Under the pieces are notes generated by a model. It was given only the letters and a program-made list of their open reading frames with translations. It was not told the DNA's origin and ran no database searches. A DNA stretch of 64,000 nt, taken from NCBI GenBank assembly GCA_964187785.1, contig OZ076409.1, forward strand, positions 60,266,001 to 60,330,000, given 5' to 3'. Position numbers and translations under genes: made by a program. The stretch is from Amphiscolops sp. MND2022 (Eukaryota). Positions 24,554 to 36,894 of the stretch are shown in pieces (within the stretch, counting starts at the first letter, position 1; each line of letters begins with the position of its first letter).

Positions 24554-27500
24554 TGTGGTGACGTCATCGTCACTTGTTGTTATTCGGTAAACAACTACCG
24601 TTCGTAACCGAAGAAGCTACTTCAATTTCATTGGTTCCGAGATTCGGTTACATAACACCGAAGAATAGAAACTTTCAATATGCGTTACCGATGAACGGTG
24701 AGAGAACTCAAGTAAACTCTTACATAATAGACTTGTATTTTAACTGGTGTCAACTATTAATTTGAATATTATTTTACTGTATTGTACGGACCATAATGAA
24801 ATAAAGCGAGAACCTGAATTGAACTGAGTTTAAAACAAAATCTTTTCAAACCACTTTACGACAAATGGTGTCCAGACCATCGAAATTCCTTTAAATTTGA
24901 AAATTGATTGCTAAAGAAACAGAAGATTTCTTACCGTTATTTCATTTCAACCGACAGGGAGAAGAGTATATTCAGTTCGTTCGGTGGAAATATTGAAATG
25001 CAAGCAACCGAGACAAAAGAGCAACTCAGTCTGCACGAACCCGAAGCAGCTCTAGCCTGGATAGACGCATTCAAAGCGCGATGTCGGGCCGAAAAGAAAG
25101 CAGATGTACCGGCAGCTGGAACAACACCGGCCGATTTACAAGTAACGGATCAATTTCTTTTCCGTTGCGGTGTGGAAAGTCTTATGAAGGTCAAGTCGCT
25201 TGTTGCACCGACAAAAGTGGAAACAATGGCTTTCAATGAAATTGAAACGGTACTGGAAAATTACCTGCAGCCTAGAAAAGGACTTGTTATTGCCGAACAA
25301 ACAAAATTCGTGGCTATTACCCAGAGGAATGGAGAATCATCGGGAGATTTTCTGGCACGTCTGAAGGAAGCAGCACGATATTGTGAGTTCGGTAATTTGA
25401 AAACTATCGCTGATCCCGAAGCTTACATGATACGGTTACGTTTTATTGCTGGATTACAAAATTCCGAACACAAATTAAAAGTGTTGGAACATCTTCAACA
25501 AAACCCAGACGCTACAATAGACGACATTTTGTTGGTTATTCAGCAGCGTGAACAAACCGTACAATTCGTGAACAAACAGAACGAGCCGAATGAAACAGTT
25601 TCATTTGCGCGGAACGGTCAATTACGAAAGAAGACAATCGGAAATGGCAAAATTTCAACCGGCATCCACCACAAAGCCAAAGAATGTCCGAAATGCGGAA
25701 CGAGGCATGAACCAAGGAGTTGTCCGGCCTTCGGCAAAACATGCAACAACTGCAAGAAGCCGAACCATTTCGCAAAAGTGTGTCGGGTGAAGGAACAAAC
25801 AAACCATTTTGTTGGAAAAGAAGCCAATATCGAAGAAAACAATGGCAGTAACTCCGTTTATTCGTATTTTATTGGGCATACCGACTATATCAAGAATGGT
25901 ACAATGGAGAAAATCAAAGTGAACGGTAAAGAAATACCAATGATGAAAGACACTGGAGCATCACTGACGCTGATTTCAAAGAAGCTGTGGAAGCAAATTG
26001 GGCAACCGAAACTTGAAGAAAAGAAAACCGGAATTGAAACATATGACAAGCATAAAATGAAATATCTCGGTGTTTTCTTTTCGACGGTGCTTTATAATAA
26101 CAAACAAATAAATCTAAATATTGCTGTTGTTGATGCTGATAGAAACTTTGGTTTATTGGGACGTGAAATATTGAATAATTGCAAAGAGTCCATCGAACGG
26201 TGCTTCAAAGCAGAAGTATCCGAAAAGCTACCAACAGTGGAAGGTGCTAAAGCTTCCATTAAATTGAAACCCGATGCTAAACCAATGTTTTGCGCGGCAC
26301 GGAAAGTACCGTTGCCACTTGAACGGAAAGTCAATAAAACCATTGATGAATTACTGTTGTTGGAAATTCTTGAACCGGTTGAAGCCGGTGGTGTAGATAA
26401 TTGTTCCCCGGTTGTGTGGGTGAAAAAAGGTGATAAACTACGAATGTGTGCTGACTATAAAGTACATGTAATTGATAAAATTAGTACCGAAGCCTACCCC
26501 CTCCCTTGTATTGAAACCATTTTCTCAAAAGTGTCAGGCGCTAAATTCTTTGCGAAAATTGATCTATCTAATGCTTATTGGCAAATTCCACTTGATGAAA
26601 AATCGCAATATGTGTGTACAGTGAATACAACCCGAGGCCTATTTCGAGTCACCCGGTTACAACAAGGATTGAAAAATGCAGCGGCGATTTTACAGCAAGC
26701 TATCGAAGAAGTGCTCGAATTACTGGATGGTTGCGTCGCATATCAAGACGATATCTTGTTGTTCGGTGTAACCGAGGCCGAACTCCGGAAAAGATACAAT
26801 GCGGTCAAAGAACGGCTGGCAGCAAAGAACTTCACCGTGAATGAAGACAAGTGCGTATCATTCTCGACAACGTTATCCTTTTTGGGCTATGAAATTTCAT
26901 CGGAAGGAGTAAAGCCGGAACAGAAGCACGTTCAAAAACTTCTTCAACTGCAGCCACCGAAGGATGTCAAAGAAGTTGAAGCTTTTATCGGACTTATCAA
27001 CTACTTTGGGCGAATGATTCCAAACTATGCAGCCAAGACGCGGTGTATCAATGAACTCCGACAAAAAGATAAACCTTTCAAGTGGACCGATGAATGTCAA
27101 AGGGCATTCCAGTCACTGGTAGACGAGCTTGCAAGTGAACCATTGGTACAACCGTACTCATTGGATAAAGAAGTGACTCTCACAACGGATGCATCCGAAA
27201 AAACCATTGGTGCTGTATTAACGCAGAATGATCACCCGGTTATCTACATATCTCGAAACTTGACATCGGCAGAACAGAAATATAGCAACATTGAACGGGA
27301 AGCGCTTGCTGTAGTATTCTCAGTGACACGACTTCGACAATTTCTATTGGGGAGGAAGTTCACTTTGAGAACAGATCACAAGCCACTACAATATATCTTC
27401 AATCCGAACAACCAGATACCGAAAGTTGTATCAGCGAGACTTGCGCGATGGGCAATAACCCTGATGGCCTATGACTATGATGTACAATACACTCCCGGTC

Positions 27501-29123
27501 AAGATATTGGTCATGCCGATGCAATGTCACGCTTACGGTTCAAAGACGATGAAGACGACTTAGTTGCGGTAGCAATGGCTACATTTGAGAAACCCGTGAT
27601 TGATGCCGAGACGTTACGGCAAGAGATGCAATCGAATGAGTTCACAAAACGGATGATGAACAGAATCCGAACCGGTAATTGGAAAAACTGTACCAAAATG
27701 GAGAAATCTTTTATGAATGTTTCAAATGCATTAACAGTACAAAATGACTTGATATATAATGGATCGAGAGTTTTTATACCAATTACATGCCGAAAACAAG
27801 TGATTGATATATTTCACGATGTCCATCAAGGAATCAATGCTTTGAAAAACTTGGTGAAAAATAATGCGTGGTGGCCGTTTATGGACAACGATATCGAACA
27901 ATTTGTCAAAAACTGTCCCGAATGCAGCAAAAACCGACCGAGACTGATTGATTCTACCGACAAATGGGAAGAATGCGCTCCATGGGAAAGACTGCATATG
28001 GACTGGCTTTATGAAGCAGAACACGGTAATATTCTGATCATTGCTGATGCTGGGTCCGGTTGGCTGGAAGCTTTCCCGTGCACGGACCGATCAACGCGGA
28101 ACGTGGTCAGATGTCTCCGAACAATCTTTTCTCGGTTTGGAATACCATATACGGTTGTGTCCGATAACGGAAAGGAGTTTGTATCCAAAGACCTTAAAGA
28201 TTGGTTGGCAGCACAAGGATGCAAAAAGATTGACACACCTTTGTATTCACCGAGAAGCAATGGACTTGCCGAGAGAGCTGTTCAAACATTGAAAAGAAGC
28301 CTGAACTTTTACAATAAAGACATTGGTTGTTCATTGACTACTTATATTGATAAAGTTTTGTTCAGTCATAGAAATTCTTCCATTGCTAGAGGTGACACTC
28401 CTGCCAAATTACTACTTGGAAAAAACTTGAGAAACCCTGTTGTTGGATTTTATGAAGTTGGTGAAAAAGTGATGTACAAACCCACTTCAAACCATGAGCC
28501 GAAAGAACTGACCTACATTATACGGAATAGACGAAACACGGCCTGGCTTCATGACAACAACCGAACAATTTTGGCTAGTGACGGACAAATCGCACCACTA
28601 CCATCATCAAGCGTTGTGAAAGCGGAACCTCAGCCGAACATTGGACAAGATGTTATTCAAGATCCAGTCACCCCGAAGACTAGTAACGCTGATAACTTAA
28701 GTCCGGTGCTGACCGAAGAACATACCGCAGTAACCAATGATAGACCGAAACGATTACGAACCCAAACCCAGAAGTATCAAGCAGGATTCGCATGAAGCAA
28801 CTAAAAGAGGGGATGTGGTGACGTCATCGTCACTTGTTGTTATTCGGTAAACAACTACCGTTCGTAACCGAAGAAGCTACTTCAATTTCATTGGTTCCGA
28901 GATTCGGTTACATAACACCGAAGAATAGAAACTTTCAATATGCGTTACCGATGAATGGTGAGAGAACTCAAGTAAACTCTTACATAATAGACTTGTATTT
29001 TAACTGGTGTCAACTATTAATTTGAATATTATTTTACTGCATTGTACGGACCATAATGAAATAAAACGAGAACCTGAATTGAACTGAGTTTAAAACAAAA
29101 TCTTTTCAAACCACTTTACGACA
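24554..29123 (+). mobile_element. Gypsy-B: intact Ty3/Gypsy (Mag-like) LTR retrotransposon
   Basis: 310-bp LTRs at 24554-24863 and 28814-29123 (TGTGG...CGACA, 3 mismatches). 5-bp TSD GTTAA at 24549-24553 and 29124-29128. PBS-like TGGTGTCCAG at 24866. PPT AAAAGAGGGGA at 28803-28813. Confidence 0.98.
24998..28795 (+). CDS. Gypsy-B single gag-pol polyprotein
   Basis: Uninterrupted ORF, first ATG at 24998. Two zinc knuckles, KDTGAS protease, YQDD RT, TDAS RNase H, HDVH..CPEC and LHMD/SDNG/NGLAER integrase. Confidence 0.96.
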   Translation: MQATETKEQLSLHEPEAALAWIDAFKARCRAEKKADVPAAGTTPADLQVTDQFLFRCGVESLMKVKSLVAPTKVETMAFNEIETVLENYLQPRKGLVIAEQTKFVAITQRNGESSGDFLARLKEAARYCEFGNLKTIADPEAYMIRLRFIAGLQNSEHKLKVLEHLQQNPDATIDDILLVIQQREQTVQFVNKQNEPNETVSFARNGQLRKKTIGNGKISTGIHHKAKECPKCGTRHEPRSCPAFGKTCNNCKKPNHFAKVCRVKEQTNHFVGKEANIEENNGSNSVYSYFIGHTDYIKNGTMEKIKVNGKEIPMMKDTGASLTLISKKLWKQIGQPKLEEKKTGIETYDKHKMKYLGVFFSTVLYNNKQINLNIAVVDADRNFGLLGREILNNCKESIERCFKAEVSEKLPTVEGAKASIKLKPDAKPMFCAARKVPLPLERKVNKTIDELLLLEILEPVEAGGVDNCSPVVWVKKGDKLRMCADYKVHVIDKISTEAYPLPCIETIFSKVSGAKFFAKIDLSNAYWQIPLDEKSQYVCTVNTTRGLFRVTRLQQGLKNAAAILQQAIEEVLELLDGCVAYQDDILLFGVTEAELRKRYNAVKERLAAKNFTVNEDKCVSFSTTLSFLGYEISSEGVKPEQKHVQKLLQLQPPKDVKEVEAFIGLINYFGRMIPNYAAKTRCINELRQKDKPFKWTDECQRAFQSLVDELASEPLVQPYSLDKEVTLTTDASEKTIGAVLTQNDHPVIYISRNLTSAEQKYSNIEREALAVVFSVTRLRQFLLGRKFTLRTDHKPLQYIFNPNNQIPKVVSARLARWAITLMAYDYDVQYTPGQDIGHADAMSRLRFKDDEDDLVAVAMATFEKPVIDAETLRQEMQSNEFTKRMMNRIRTGNWKNCTKMEKSFMNVSNALTVQNDLIYNGSRVFIPITCRKQVIDIFHDVHQGINALKNLVKNNAWWPFMDNDIEQFVKNCPECSKNRPRLIDSTDKWEECAPWERLHMDWLYEAEHGNILIIADAGSGWLEAFPCTDRSTRNVVRCLRTIFSRFGIPYTVVSDNGKEFVSKDLKDWLAAQGCKKIDTPLYSPRSNGLAERAVQTLKRSLNFYNKDIGCSLTTYIDKVLFSHRNSSIARGDTPAKLLLGKNLRNPVVGFYEVGEKVMYKPTSNHEPKELTYIIRNRRNTAWLHDNNRTILASDGQIAPLPSSSVVKAEPQPNIGQDVIQDPVTPKTSNADNLSPVLTEEHTAVTNDRPKRLRTQTQKYQAGFA

Positions 29124-29460
29124 GTTAAAGTTGAAGCTTTTCATAATAAACGTATTTTCCAGATATTTGTTTATAAACTTGCTTTACGCGAGTAAATTCT
29201 GAATTAAATTCGTGATTAAGGTTTTGTTTGGATTCCAACAACAGCGCTGAAATCCAAATAGAAATTTGGGAAAATTTCCGGAAAGTTTTTGTCGCTTCAA
29301 ACTTATGCGTAACTTGAATAGAAATAAAAATTTTCAACAAAGTCGCTTCGACATTATTTTTGCTTGTTTTGAGGAAATTTTGCCTCACATTTCACGTTTT
29401 GTTGCCATTTATTACTATATACAGAGATCCCATTTCTAATTCACCGTGTTTTGTTTTCAG

Positions 29461-29603
29461 AAGAAGAGAGTAGTTTTTTGATGGACCCTTCCTCGGGAGA
29501 ACTCAAACTGAAGTCTCAGTTGGACCAGTCCCAAATGGACAGCTATTTACTCACAGTCACAGTCAGGGATCAAGGAGAGCCTCAGCTATCTTCCACTTGC
29601 ATG
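29461..29603 (+). CDS. ds: Dachsous-like cadherin, exon F (phase 1-0)
   Basis: ttgttttcag/29461 and ATG/gttagc. Encodes FLMDPSSGEL...VRDQGEPQLSSTCM. Confidence 0.92.
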
Positions 29604-30129
29604 GTTAGCAACAATTTTCTGTATCTTTACTTGAGACGCGTTGACTATCCATGTGCTACTGTAAATGAAAAGTAATCAAATGAAAGAGGAAAAAGCTCAT
29701 TTCTGTATATTTGTGGAATGGACTCCAAATAAGCATACCTGATTTTTGAAGTGGATGCCCTTTGGATACTGTTCCGCCATAGCAAGAGATGTTGCCATAT
29801 TTGCAGCAAAAAAAATTCAAGCAATTGCCGGCTTGAGGATGTGATTATAAAGTGATTTTCTCAGGGCAGTGATTATTGTGGAAGTTTCGAAAACAAATAT
29901 AATTATTTACCACTACAGAGTTTGTTTTCGGGTTAAATAAGAGCATAATGAAATTGTTGATGTTGCATTGACTGGAACAATTCACTATTTTCCGCGCTCG
30001 AAAATTAATTTGTGCAGAGGGAGCAAACTCACCATCTGTGTTGCGTTTTTTTTTCCAAATTCTGAGTAAAGACCACTTAGTGATATAATCCAATAACTTT
30101 TATTACTTAGGTGAAGGGGATAAATTAAT

Positions 30130-30195
30130 CACAGTGGCCCAGTTGTAAGGGCGTTAGCAGATCAGCAGATTGTGGGTTCGAACCCGGGCTGACGC
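30130..30195 (+). repeat. tRNA-derived SINE head / Pol III promoter remnant
   Basis: A-box-like TGGCCCAGTTG and B box GGTTCGAACCC at tRNA-like spacing. No intact acceptor stem. Confidence 0.5.
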
Positions 30196-31461
30196 TTGAA
30201 ATTTTTTCTGCTTTCCCCAGCAACACGTCGTTTCCGCCATATTTTCTGGCTTATTTGAATAATGTGGCAGTGTCTCGAGCCTCGTTTTTACCACACTTTT
30301 TTGCGATAGAAGTGTGGCAGGAGATATCCTGAAGTTCAGCGAGCGTCTCGTATGTTACTAAGTTACTAACACGTTATTAACAAACAAGACGCCTGCTGAG
30401 CAGCGGGACGTTTTCCGCTATGAACGAAAGTAGCTACGTCGTGTTTTAACGCTCGAGCGTGAAAACTTCCTCACTATTCAATTCAATTCACACCTTGCTA
30501 TGAAAAACATTGAAAGAATGTTCTTCAAATGAAGGATGTTTATTACCCAAGCTTATTGTTATAGAAATCCATGAAAAATCATACTACGACAACAAAAAGG
30601 CATGAAACATTCGAAAATAGACATTTTTACTGGTTTAGTGGGCATTTTGTGTGATTTGAAAAACGATCGCCACCTTTCCCATTCTAAAAGACGGTACAAT
30701 GACCATTTTTGTGTCTTGGTCAGCTGTGATGACTCATACTCTGAAACGTAGAAAAAAGGACGAGAAATGGTTGAAATTAGGAATAAGTTGAATTTTTGCA
30801 GCTGTTTGGGTTCTTTTCCAGTTTCTCTTCTGAAAACGTGCTGGATTTGTTGTTTGTCGTTGATTTTCTTGGATATTGTAACCTACGAAACAAAAACAAT
30901 TTTGCAGTATGAAAATGTGAAAAAGTATGCATTTTTGATACTTCTAATTTTTTTCCAGAAAAACTACTGTCTTCTTTAAGAAAGTCTTTCAAATCATTAA
31001 ATGTTTTTTCTGGTAAATCTAGATTTTTTCTACCCATTAAAGGATTCAAGAAGTATACAGGAATAGCATTGAATAGTCGAAAGTGAAAAATTTTCGCACT
31101 TTTTCAGGAACATCGTTGCAGTTTTGAATAATATCATCAAATTTAATAATAATTGAATTTATCTTGGCTTATTTAAACAACAAAATACTTTTTTTTCTAC
31201 TCACAGGTAGAAAATGACAAATATTTGTACAAAATTGCCAAGGAAGGGGCATCAAGTAAGCTATTAGAAAGCTTTTTGTAAAGATGCCCGAAAGAAAAAA
31301 AGTAGTGAAAAGTTAGAGGCATTTCCAAGAGACTGGATAAGACTGTTTATTTTTTTTACATATAATTTTTCCTTTTAATTTTATTCCTGATCAGATATAG
31401 TATCAGCAGAAATCATCCTCGCAAGTCCTTATGTGGAGGACCATGCAGTGTGAGAGACTCT

Positions 31462-34313
31462 TCAATATTTATTATAGATAATACTTATCAGTTCATCATT
31501 TCCAAAAATGTAAAGATCTGCAATTTGGTGGTAGAACTTTTTATATTGCTTTTCATCGATTTCGCATATGTTTTTATCAGGAGGCAATACTCCCCATTTG
31601 CGTAATGCATTCGTTAATATTATTGCACGATAATCAAGAAGATCATTTTTTTCAGCAAAATTCCATATATTGAGATTTTGGTTCCTCGTTTGTCTATTCT
31701 GTATCCCAATATTGAGAATTTTGAATCCATTTCTGATCTGATCAAGTGAAAATTTGAATAATTCATAGAGGTGATGTTCGAATACTGTTCCAATCCTGAA
31801 TTCCTTGAATTTTTCTATGACACTGGCCCATGGAGGAAGCCGTAGAACTATCCGGATTAATTTTTTCTGAAGCAATAGAATTTTTTGTAGCTTAGATTTA
31901 GGTCCTAACCCATAGAGAAGTGCACCATATTGAACAACTGGTGATACATATGATCTAATATACTGTATTAGTTGTCTTTTATTCAAAGTTTCCCTTAATT
32001 TATAAAGTATGCCACTATGTCGCGCAAGTTTTTGGATGACCTTGGTAATGTGTACTTCAAAATTAAGTTTTTTATCGAAAGTTTTTTTTATCAGATTCCT
32101 AAATATTTATAACTCTCAATAGAGGATATTTCATTGTCCCCAATTTTTATGTTCGAGTACTTCACAGATCTTTTCTCAAAAACGACAAATTTTGTTTTTT
32201 CAGAATTACAGGCAACTCTGTTTTCCGACATCCAATTTTGCAAAAGATTTTTATCATCAGAGTTAGAGTTTAATTCATCTATCATAGCTGTATCATCAGC
32301 GTAAAGTATGAGGTCGCCCTGCCAATTTGGGTCGGTACCAAGATCATTTATATATACAAGAAACAACAGAGGTCCCAATATTGATCCCTGTGGTACTCCA
32401 CGTATTATAGGTTTAATCGTAGAGCATTTATCCTCAATTTTCACAAACTGATACCTATCTGTCAAATAATGTTCTAAGAGTTTATGGGATATGCCCCTGA
32501 TACCGATATGGTATAACTTTTGTAATAAAATTTTGTGGTCAACTGAGTCAAACGCTTTTTTGAAATCAACAAAAATACAGTTTGTTTTCACTTTGGATTT
32601 CCAATTACTTTGAATTTTTTTCCATAACATCGTAGCTGCTTGTAAGCAATCTTTCTTTTTTCTAAAACCGTATTGATTTTCTGATAGTATTGAAAATTTT
32701 TCTAGATAATTCATGAGTCTTTTATGAATTACTTTCTCAAATATCTTTGATAGATTTCCCAAGATCGAAATCGGTCTATAGTTGGATGTTATATTTTTTT
32801 CTCCATCTTTAAAAATTGGAACAACTTTAGCAATTTTCATACTTTTAGGGAAAACGCCTTCGGATATACATTTATTAAAAGCTGTTTTTAAATAGGGAGT
32901 GATAATTTGAGCCGCTGCTTTCAATATTCTCACGTTCACGCCATCTAATCCAACCGATTTTTTGTTTTTTAATTTGGCAATAAAATTATAAACTTCTTCA
33001 TTAGTAACTGGGAAGAAGTACATAGATTGCGAATGATATCCTTGTTGACTCGTCCATTTACTGGACATCGGTGCATTAATTTCTGGATCACAAGCAGTTA
33101 TGAAATAATCATTGAATTGATCAACAGTCAATTCACTGGATTTTTTCACCTGAGTTTCTACTCCTCTCGATCTTTTTATATACTTGAAGAGTTCTTTTGG
33201 ATTATACCGATCAACTTTGCTTTGAACGTCATTCCGTTTAGCAGCTCTTATTTCCTTGTTAACTTCATTCCGCTTCACTTTGTATCTATGGAAGACCTCT
33301 GGTGATTTTGTTCTGATCCATAATTGGTAGATTTTATCTCTGATAACTATATGCCTTTTGATACGGTTTGTTATCCAAGATTTATTGGGATCACGTCGTT
33401 TTATTCGTTTAAGTGGGAAGTATTTCTCTGTTGCCTCTTTCAGGGTTTTTGTAATATTATCGAGATATGTTTCTGCTTTTGCATCTGATTCGGGAATTTT
33501 ACCCAGAGAATGACTGAGAAAAAATAGAAACTTTTCACAATAAAGTGGATCGTCTAGCTTTTTTAAAGATCTAAATTCAAAAATCTCTTCTACTACTTCA
33601 TAGTAAATATCTAAATCTAATTTAAGTCTATAGTGATCAGAGAACGTGGTTTTTTCTATCTGGGATCTTTGAACAGTGATGTTATTGTATATAGAGTCAA
33701 TGCATGTACCAGATGTAGTTGTTTCTCGTGTAGGTTCTCTCAAACTCACCAAGTCAAGACCTTGTGAATACATTAAATACTCTAATGATACTCGTGTAGC
33801 TAGATTTTCGTTTAACATATCAATATTGAAATCTCCACAGGCTATCTGTAACCCGCCACTGTTGATTTCAAGAACTTCTTCGACGTGATCTAAATACTTA
33901 CTTTTGTTTCTGGAAGGTTCGCAATAAAAACAAGAAACTATGACTTTCTTTGTCTTTTTGAAGTCACTAACTTTCACTGAAATTGACTCATTGTATTCAT
34001 CAGTGTGCAAGAGTTCTGCTTCCAAATCTAGCGTTACATAAATTGCTACACCGCCGCCTCGTTTTTTAGTTCTAGTGCTGGCAAAAGGTCTGTGGTATCC
34101 TTCAAGACAATATAATTCTGCGTCACTTTCACTCTTGAACCATGTTTCAGTGAGTGCAATGATTGAAGGCTTTCTTTCTGCTATCAAAATTTCTAAATTA
34201 CCTAAGTTGGTTGATACGGATCTTATATTATTGTAGAAAAACGTAAATCCCTGCAACGTTCTATTTTTTGAGTTAGTGTTTAGTGATCTTATATATTTAC
34301 AGTCTGTCTCCAA
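31462..34313 (-). pseudogene. LINE ORF2 (apurinic endonuclease + RT), broken by one short insertion near 32080-32093
   Basis: NIRS, LTETW, GDFN, CID and SDH endonuclease motifs; YRPIS, DFKKAFD, GVPQGS, YADD and YLGI RT motifs. Continues in another frame as FDKKLNFEVHI. Confidence 0.92.
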
Positions 34314-34394
34314 TGCCTCTTCGGAGTTGCTTGGGTTGCTAGTTTTTATAGTTTGAAATAAGCAACTCCGTCGCTGTTAATGCTTTCTAACATT

Positions 34395-35252
34395 TCACTT
34401 CTTTTGGCCATTTTCACTTTCGTTTAATCCAGTTACTTTCAGTGGGAGCGAACAACCGATTAAATTTTGAATAAAGTTTTCTAAGCCATCTGCATCAGAA
34501 GCCTGCTTGTACTCTTTCAGTTTATTTGTAATATCCACGTTTGAGAGCATATTGGGTGAATCCATAGGAAGCGGTCTTTTAGCTCTTGGTTCTCGTGGAG
34601 TTTCAGTAGCGGCACTTTTTCTCACTATAGCCTTGCCACTTGCAAGAATTTCGTCTGCATCTGTTTCATCAACAATGAAATGAGACCTTGTATGCTGTCC
34701 GTCCTTCAGGAGCACCACTGGAGCACTGTTTTTCGAAGACACTTTGAGGCCCAATCCGGCTGCATAATCCGATAAGTCCCTGTCCCTCTTTGTCAGCCTC
34801 TCATGCATGAAAACAGGTTTATTGTTAACTGGGTTTCCGAAATTTCTGAGCCAATATTTCCTTGCCCATATCCTATCTTTTTTCCAAAAATGGACAAACT
34901 TGACTATTACAGGGGGTGGGAATTTGATATCCTTGACTTGTCCCAGAAAATGACATGCTACAAGGTCTTGTTCATTTACCTGAGTTTGGAAGACTCGTGA
35001 GAAAAAGTTGATAACATCAGCTACTAAGTTGTTTCCGGAGATAAGAGGTAAGTTTTGAATAATAATTGAGTCCTTGGATGTATAACGCTCAATTCGATTA
35101 ACAGATGTCTCAAGATACGCAACTTTTTGTTCCAGGGTTTCAATAGTTTTGTCTTTTTCCTGTAGATTTTGAATCAATTTCGAAAGAAATTCTTGTAATT
35201 CAGGCTGTATTTTATTGCCAAGTTTATTCAGCTCTTGCACTAAGTCCGCCAT
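34395..35252 (-). CDS. LINE ORF1 (coiled coil + RRM-like)
   Basis: Likely ATG at 35252 (MADLVQ). Heptad-rich N-terminus, then SIIIQNLP, ACH, PPVIVKF and ERLT motifs typical of L2/CR1-group ORF1. Confidence 0.85.
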   Translation of the reverse strand: MADLVQELNKLGNKIQPELQEFLSKLIQNLQEKDKTIETLEQKVAYLETSVNRIERYTSKDSIIIQNLPLISGNNLVADVINFFSRVFQTQVNEQDLVACHFLGQVKDIKFPPPVIVKFVHFWKKDRIWARKYWLRNFGNPVNNKPVFMHERLTKRDRDLSDYAAGLGLKVSSKNSAPVVLLKDGQHTRSHFIVDETDADEILASGKAIVRKSAATETPREPRAKRPLPMDSPNMLSNVDITNKLKEYKQASDADGLENFIQNLIGCSLPLKVTGLNESENGQKK

Positions 35253-35900
35253 GTTTATTTTCAGCTTTGAAATTTGGCCTTGAATGTGTTTCAACTGCAG
35301 CGACGAAAAGCACAACCGTTCAGCTTGACATCTGTCTCGTTGTCTAATTTGTATTGTGAGAAGCATGTTGGATAATTTATTGCTTCGACGTGAAACTCTG
35401 ACTTTTCTAATTCTTGAAACCATTCAAAAACTGAACACTAAGTTAGAATGGCTTTGAATTTTTGGTGTTAATTGAGGGCATTTCTTTATGCATAAATTCC
35501 AAATAGCTCGTGGTAAACTTATACCGCTTGTTTATATGTTTCGTGTTCAAAATCTGTGGGTGTTTGAATCTCCCAAAGCGTATGGAAACAGAACAAAAAT
35601 TGCCTCCAGCTGTCAAAGTATTAGCTTTCATACTCTTTCATTCAAGTTTTTTAGAGGATCGTGCGGGATTGCTGGCTGGCTCGTTGTTCAGACATTCGTT
35701 TCAAAATTACCTAAAAAGTTCCCAGACTGGAAAATTTTTAGTGAGTTTAGGGTAATTTTGAGGCACGCTTCCAATAACATTTTTGAAATTTCTCTTTTTA
35801 GAAAACGTCTTGTATAGCTGGTTTCTTTTGTCATGGAAGTTTTTGATATACTTACCCACAAAAATAATTGAATATATATGAATATATATGAATGTCAGTT

Positions 35901-35990
35901 GAAATCTATGAAATTAAACTCATGTCAGTTGGATTCTATGTGAGATCTCACATAGAATCCAACTGACATGAGTTCAATTTCATAGATTTC
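35901..35990. repeat. 90-bp near-perfect loopless palindrome
   Basis: 45-bp arms with one mismatch, centre GAGA|TCTC at 35945/35946. Confidence 0.95.
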
Positions 35991-36894
35991 GAACCCTTTT
36001 AATTTAGGTCCGACATTGGTTGGAACAAGGCAGATTGAAGATTTTTTTAACACAGCTCAGTTACTACTTTCCTTTCCCATATGGAAATATGGGCGGAAAA
36101 TAATAAAATTCAGGGTGTTGATTCACCATATCCCTATTGTTGCGTGTTAGTGTTGATTTTCATTTCTCCATTCAACGATTGCACAATCGAAAACCCGGGC
36201 TTTTTGAAAAAGATGCATGTACAGTCGTGCAGTCTTCCGTGGATTATTGCTACAACTTGCATTATATGGAATCTACTCGTGTTCAAACTTTGAGCTATAA
36301 AGAATTTGCATCAATTGAAAAGTTTTGAATTTAAACTCAAATTTTTCTCTACATGTTGGAATATATATACATATTATACAACAAAAATATACTGTGTTAA
36401 AATTTATCTTGTATGCATGCATTAATGTAGTTGTAGATAAATTTACGATACATTCCTATAAAAAGACTTGATATACAGTAGTGGTATATACTGTAGAGCA
36501 GAGTCAACGCTGCTTGTAGCTACTACAGAAGGAAAACATTGTGTCTATAAAAGTCACTTATAAAAAAGGAGTGGTTTCTTTTTTGTTCAACAATGCAATT
36601 CGTGGTGGGTGTGGTATTTGCACGAATACCCTGAAAATACGGCCTCCCTCGGAAAGAAAAGAAATGATACGAGCCACGTGTTAGGAATAAATTCATCCAA
36701 TGTAAGGTAGCTTTTTCCTCCATTAAATACAAATGACTCATTTCAAATTTACTTTTGCTAAAAGTTGTAAACTGTTAGCATAGTGACTAGACATTAGTTT
36801 TTAGTAACAAGGCGCCTTATTTCAGTTTTTCAAAGAACCGTTTTCACTTCAATTTACAGCCCGAATATATTGCAGGCTCGATATTTAAAAATAT

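Larger units (their letters stand above)
31145..35370 (-). mobile_element. Near full-length LINE of the L2/CR1 group (Crack/Daphne-like)
   Basis: ORF1 plus an APE-RT ORF2. 3' UTR stem GGGCATC/GATGCCC at 31247-31289. Minus strand ends ATAAATTCAATTATTATT. The 5' end is approximate and no TSD was found. Confidence 0.9.

Noticed and set aside
24574..24765. Identical 63-aa ORFs here and at 28834-29025
   Set aside because: They are the two LTR copies of Gypsy-B, with a non-ATG start and no coding evidence.
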